Positions 46,849-50,030 of a DNA stretch of 50,030 nucleotides are shown piece by piece (position 1 is the first letter of the stretch; each line of letters starts with the position of its first letter). The position numbers and the translations under genes are program-made. This stretch comes from Patescibacteria group bacterium. GTDB lineage: Bacteria > Patescibacteriota > JAUYIX01 > JBHPHK01. The notes beneath the pieces are model-generated. The model saw only the letters and a program-made list of their open reading frames with translations. It had not been told where the DNA came from and did no database searches. Location of the stretch: assembly GCA_042569365.1 (NCBI GenBank), contig JBHPHK010000006.1:1-50030 (forward strand), read 5' to 3'.

Positions 46849-49515
46849 ATGGCTCTACATAAAGATTTTCCAAAAGATAAATTCGCAATAGCTGACCCTG
46901 GAGTTCGCTGGTTTCCGGCTGATGAGGATTTGCGCGATAAAGGATATGAAAAGTTGTTACCGCCATTGGTAGCTGAGATTAGGAATGAAGTACATGAGTG
47001 GCGCAAGAAGAATTATGAAGGTGTTTCTGAGACATCAAAAGCCTTATTGAATTGGTGGTTTAATGAACAGCATAATATTTTTTCAGAAAATGGAGAACCT
47101 ATTTCATTCCAATATTATTTTGCACAGCGTGAAGCGGTTGAATCCATCATCTGGCTCTATGAGGTTGCGCAGGCGCGCAATAAATACGATCTAATCAAAT
47201 ATGATAGTAGTGGCAGAGTTAGCGCTGGAATGTTTGACGAAGAATGGTTGCGTCTAGTTATTAAGATGGCGACGGGTAGTGGCAAGACAAAAGTCATGAG
47301 CTTACTGATCGCATGGTCATATTTTCATAAGCTTTACGAGAAAGACTCAGAATTGTCTAAGAATTTCTTATTTATAACACCAAATATTATTGTTCTTGAA
47401 CGCATTAAGACAGATCTTGAAGGACTTAAGATATTCTATGAAGATCCAATTTTGCCTGACAATGGATATCAGGGTCAAAATTGGGGAGATGATTTCCAGG
47501 TTACTCTACATTTGCAAGATGAGGTTGGCACCATTTCGAAGACCGGTAACATATTTTTGACAAATATCCATCGTGTATATGAGGGAGATTCAAACGAGCC
47601 TAGTATAGAAGATGATAATTTAGAGGAATATTTCCTGGGGCCGAAGCCGGTTGCAAAAACAACTGACACAAAAGTGGATCTCGGTGATATCATTCGTGAT
47701 ATTGACGAATTAATGGTGATCAATGATGAAGCGCACCATATTCACGATCCAAAAATGGCGTGGTTTAAATCGATTCAAGATATTCATAATCAACTATTAC
47801 TCAAAGACAGCAAATTAGCATTGCAGATTGATGTTACAGCAACACCTAAGGGAGAAAAGGGTAATATATTTGTACAAACCATTTGTGACTATCCGCTAGT
47901 AGAAGCAATTTATCAAGAAGTAGTTAAGCAACCAGTTGTTCCAGATGAACCAAGTCGCGCCAAGCTTGAAGAGGTCGAAAGTGCTATCTATTCAGAAAGA
48001 TATAAAAGTTATCTTGATTTAGGAGTAATCGAATGGAGGAAGCAATATAACGAATTAATAAAAAACAATAAGAAGTCGATTTTATTTATAATGACCGACG
48101 ATACAAAGAATTGTGATGAGGTAGCAGAATACTTGGAAACAACATATTCTGAATTAAAGGGCGCGGTATTGACCATTCACACCAATAAGAGTGGTGACAT
48201 AGCGGAATCAGCAACTGGTAAGAAAAAAGAGGAACTCGATAAGTTACGCAAGCAGGCAAATGAAATAGACAGTATGGAAAGTCCGTACAAGGTAATTGTA
48301 TCAGTCTTGATGCTGAAAGAAGGGTGGGATGTAAAAAATGTAACTACAATTGTTGGTTTACGTGCATATACTTCAAAATCAAATATTCTACCTGAACAAA
48401 CTCTTGGACGAGGGTTACGTAGAATGTTTTTTGGACAGAATGTTAAAGAATCTGTTAGTGTCCTTGGAACGGAAGCATTTATGGACTTTGTTAATACAAT
48501 CACTGCAGAAGGTGTTGAATTTGAACAAAGGACTATTAATAAAAATACAGGCGCTATTGCCCCAGCTGTTATTGAGGTAGATAAGGATAATACTAACAAG
48601 GATATTGAGAAGCTAGATATCGAGATACCTATTATGACTCCTCGTATTCAGCGAGAGTACAAAAATCTAAGCGATCTAGATGTATCCAATTTTAAGAACA
48701 AGAAAATGGTCTATGAGACATTTTCTAAAGAACAACAAAAGGAAATTATTTTTGCTGATGTTGTTGAGAACATAGAACATCATAAGACTATTATGGATAA
48801 CGCAACTTATACAAATTATCAAAACGTTATTGGTTTTTTTGCTAATACCTTAGTGCGCGATATGCATCTTATTGGAGGATTTGATATATTATTCGGAAAA
48901 ATAAAAGAATTTATTTTGACTAAATTATTTGATCAAAAGGTTGATCTAGATGATCCTAATATGATCAGAAACTTATCAAGCGCCAGGAAAGTGTTAATGG
49001 AGGTCTTCAAGAAGGAAGTAAATGATCTAACTGTAAAGGATATTGGAGATACTGAAATTAAGAATTATATTAAAGTCAGTGAGGCGCGGCCATTTGTCGT
49101 GAATGATCAGAAATATTTGAAACCAAAAAAGAGCGTATTCAATAAGATAGTAGGTGACAGTGATTTTGAACTTGAGTTTGCTGATTTTCTCGAGGGAGCG
49201 GATGACATTATTTCATACGCAAAAAATTACATAGATATTCACTTTAGGATCGATTATAGAAATGCCGATGGAGCGATCGCAAATTATTATCCTGATTTCT
49301 TAGTGAAAGTTGACCCTAAAACAATATATGTTATTGAGACAAAAGGTCGAGAAGATTTAGATGATATTGAGAAAATCAAACGTCTCGAGCAATGGTGTAA
49401 AGACGCAACTGAACGACAGAAGAAATATGCATACAAAATGCTTTATGTGAAGCAGGATGAGTGGGAAAAGTATAAACCGAAGAGTTTTAAGGAGTTAGTC
49501 AAAAATTATGAATAA
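46849..49515 (+). CDS. res: Type III R-M restriction subunit (SF2 helicase plus PD-(D/E)xK nuclease)
   Basis: MATGSGKT, INDEAHH, TAT, LKEGWD, QTLGRGLR, YYPDF..IETKG. Confidence 0.92.
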   Translation: MALHKDFPKDKFAIADPGVRWFPADEDLRDKGYEKLLPPLVAEIRNEVHEWRKKNYEGVSETSKALLNWWFNEQHNIFSENGEPISFQYYFAQREAVESIIWLYEVAQARNKYDLIKYDSSGRVSAGMFDEEWLRLVIKMATGSGKTKVMSLLIAWSYFHKLYEKDSELSKNFLFITPNIIVLERIKTDLEGLKIFYEDPILPDNGYQGQNWGDDFQVTLHLQDEVGTISKTGNIFLTNIHRVYEGDSNEPSIEDDNLEEYFLGPKPVAKTTDTKVDLGDIIRDIDELMVINDEAHHIHDPKMAWFKSIQDIHNQLLLKDSKLALQIDVTATPKGEKGNIFVQTICDYPLVEAIYQEVVKQPVVPDEPSRAKLEEVESAIYSERYKSYLDLGVIEWRKQYNELIKNNKKSILFIMTDDTKNCDEVAEYLETTYSELKGAVLTIHTNKSGDIAESATGKKKEELDKLRKQANEIDSMESPYKVIVSVLMLKEGWDVKNVTTIVGLRAYTSKSNILPEQTLGRGLRRMFFGQNVKESVSVLGTEAFMDFVNTITAEGVEFEQRTINKNTGAIAPAVIEVDKDNTNKDIEKLDIEIPIMTPRIQREYKNLSDLDVSNFKNKKMVYETFSKEQQKEIIFADVVENIEHHKTIMDNATYTNYQNVIGFFANTLVRDMHLIGGFDILFGKIKEFILTKLFDQKVDLDDPNMIRNLSSARKVLMEVFKKEVNDLTVKDIGDTEIKNYIKVSEARPFVVNDQKYLKPKKSVFNKIVGDSDFELEFADFLEGADDIISYAKNYIDIHFRIDYRNADGAIANYYPDFLVKVDPKTIYVIETKGREDLDDIEKIKRLEQWCKDATERQKKYAYKMLYVKQDEWEKYKPKSFKELVKNYE

Positions 49516-49936
49516 TAAACAATCAGGAACACAAGGCGAAATCGAAGTAACAAAACAAATTCCTTGCCTAAACTGTGGTAAGGAATTAATGCTATTGCCT
49601 CCAAACTATCCACTCTATGATGTGCAGTGTACAGGCTGTAATTTTCGTGCGCAAGTAAAGACTAATAAATCGAAACCTAAAAATATTGTTTTCGGTGCAG
49701 GTTGGGACATTATGGATAAAATTTTGAAGTCTGGCTTTATTACTCCACCTTTGTTTGTTAATTTTAAATGGGAAGAAAAAGGTAAGAAGAAACAACAAAT
49801 AATTTATTATCCATTTATTCCAAAAACTCATCTTAGAAAATATCAGCTCTCTAAGACAGCACGAAGAGCTAATTATAAAATGTTTAACTATGTCGGCCTC
49901 GATGAGTTGCCTTCGATGGTTGTTTACGAAAAATAA
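49508..49936 (+). CDS. DpnI-like catalytic domain protein without the winged-helix domain
   Basis: CLNCG..YDVQCTGC..AQVKT..GAG..IPK..LSKTARRA resembles the DpnI N-terminal domain; overlaps the res stop. Confidence 0.7.
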   Translation: MNNKQSGTQGEIEVTKQIPCLNCGKELMLLPPNYPLYDVQCTGCNFRAQVKTNKSKPKNIVFGAGWDIMDKILKSGFITPPLFVNFKWEEKGKKKQQIIYYPFIPKTHLRKYQLSKTARRANYKMFNYVGLDELPSMVVYEK

Positions 49937-50030
49937 ATTTAGTAGATATGAACATTTCCCTAGAAACACATTTAGCCATTTGGTTCACGCACCAATAAAA
50001 TGCGTCGTTCTTTATCAGCAAACATCGTAA

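Noticed and set aside
1-50030. Alternative genetic code 25 (Gracilibacteria/Absconditabacteria)
   Set aside because: Conserved genes are full length under code 11 with no in-frame TGA.
49937-50030. Possible 3' end of a minus-strand gene at the window edge
   Set aside because: Too short to support a call.

Overview
A 50-kb stretch of a bacterial chromosome using genetic code 11. Three traits point to a Patescibacteria/CPR-type genome: uL30 is absent between rpsE and rplO, core genes have AT-rich leaders without SD sequences, and many ribosomal proteins carry long tails. Core blocks are: ftsA-ftsZ; nrdR-dcd-DUF167-comEC(split)-ndk; rpmB and an M50 protease; rpsL-rpsG-fusA, tuf and the S10/spc cluster through secY-adk-map-ruvX; glgA-galT-COG2426-tpiA-fba-gap-pgk-eno; and pfkB-recJ-RNase H. 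Accessory and unannotated elements: (1) four co-oriented orphan membrane/lipoprotein gene modules at 8.1-10.5 kb, each with its own sigma70 promoter, a hairpin-associated perfect SD and a related terminator; (2) a 157-nt rod-like ncRNA resembling 6S RNA at 10601-10757; (3) a self-contained orphan gene between fusA and tuf; (4) structured RNAs upstream of tuf and between rpsJ and rplC; (5) a nested REP-like palindrome, then an AT-rich defence island. In that island a 59-aa ORF and a HEPN-like gene sit between the Type III mod and res genes, and a minimal DpnI-like nuclease follows. All calls come from reading motifs by eye; no database searches or folding programs were run.
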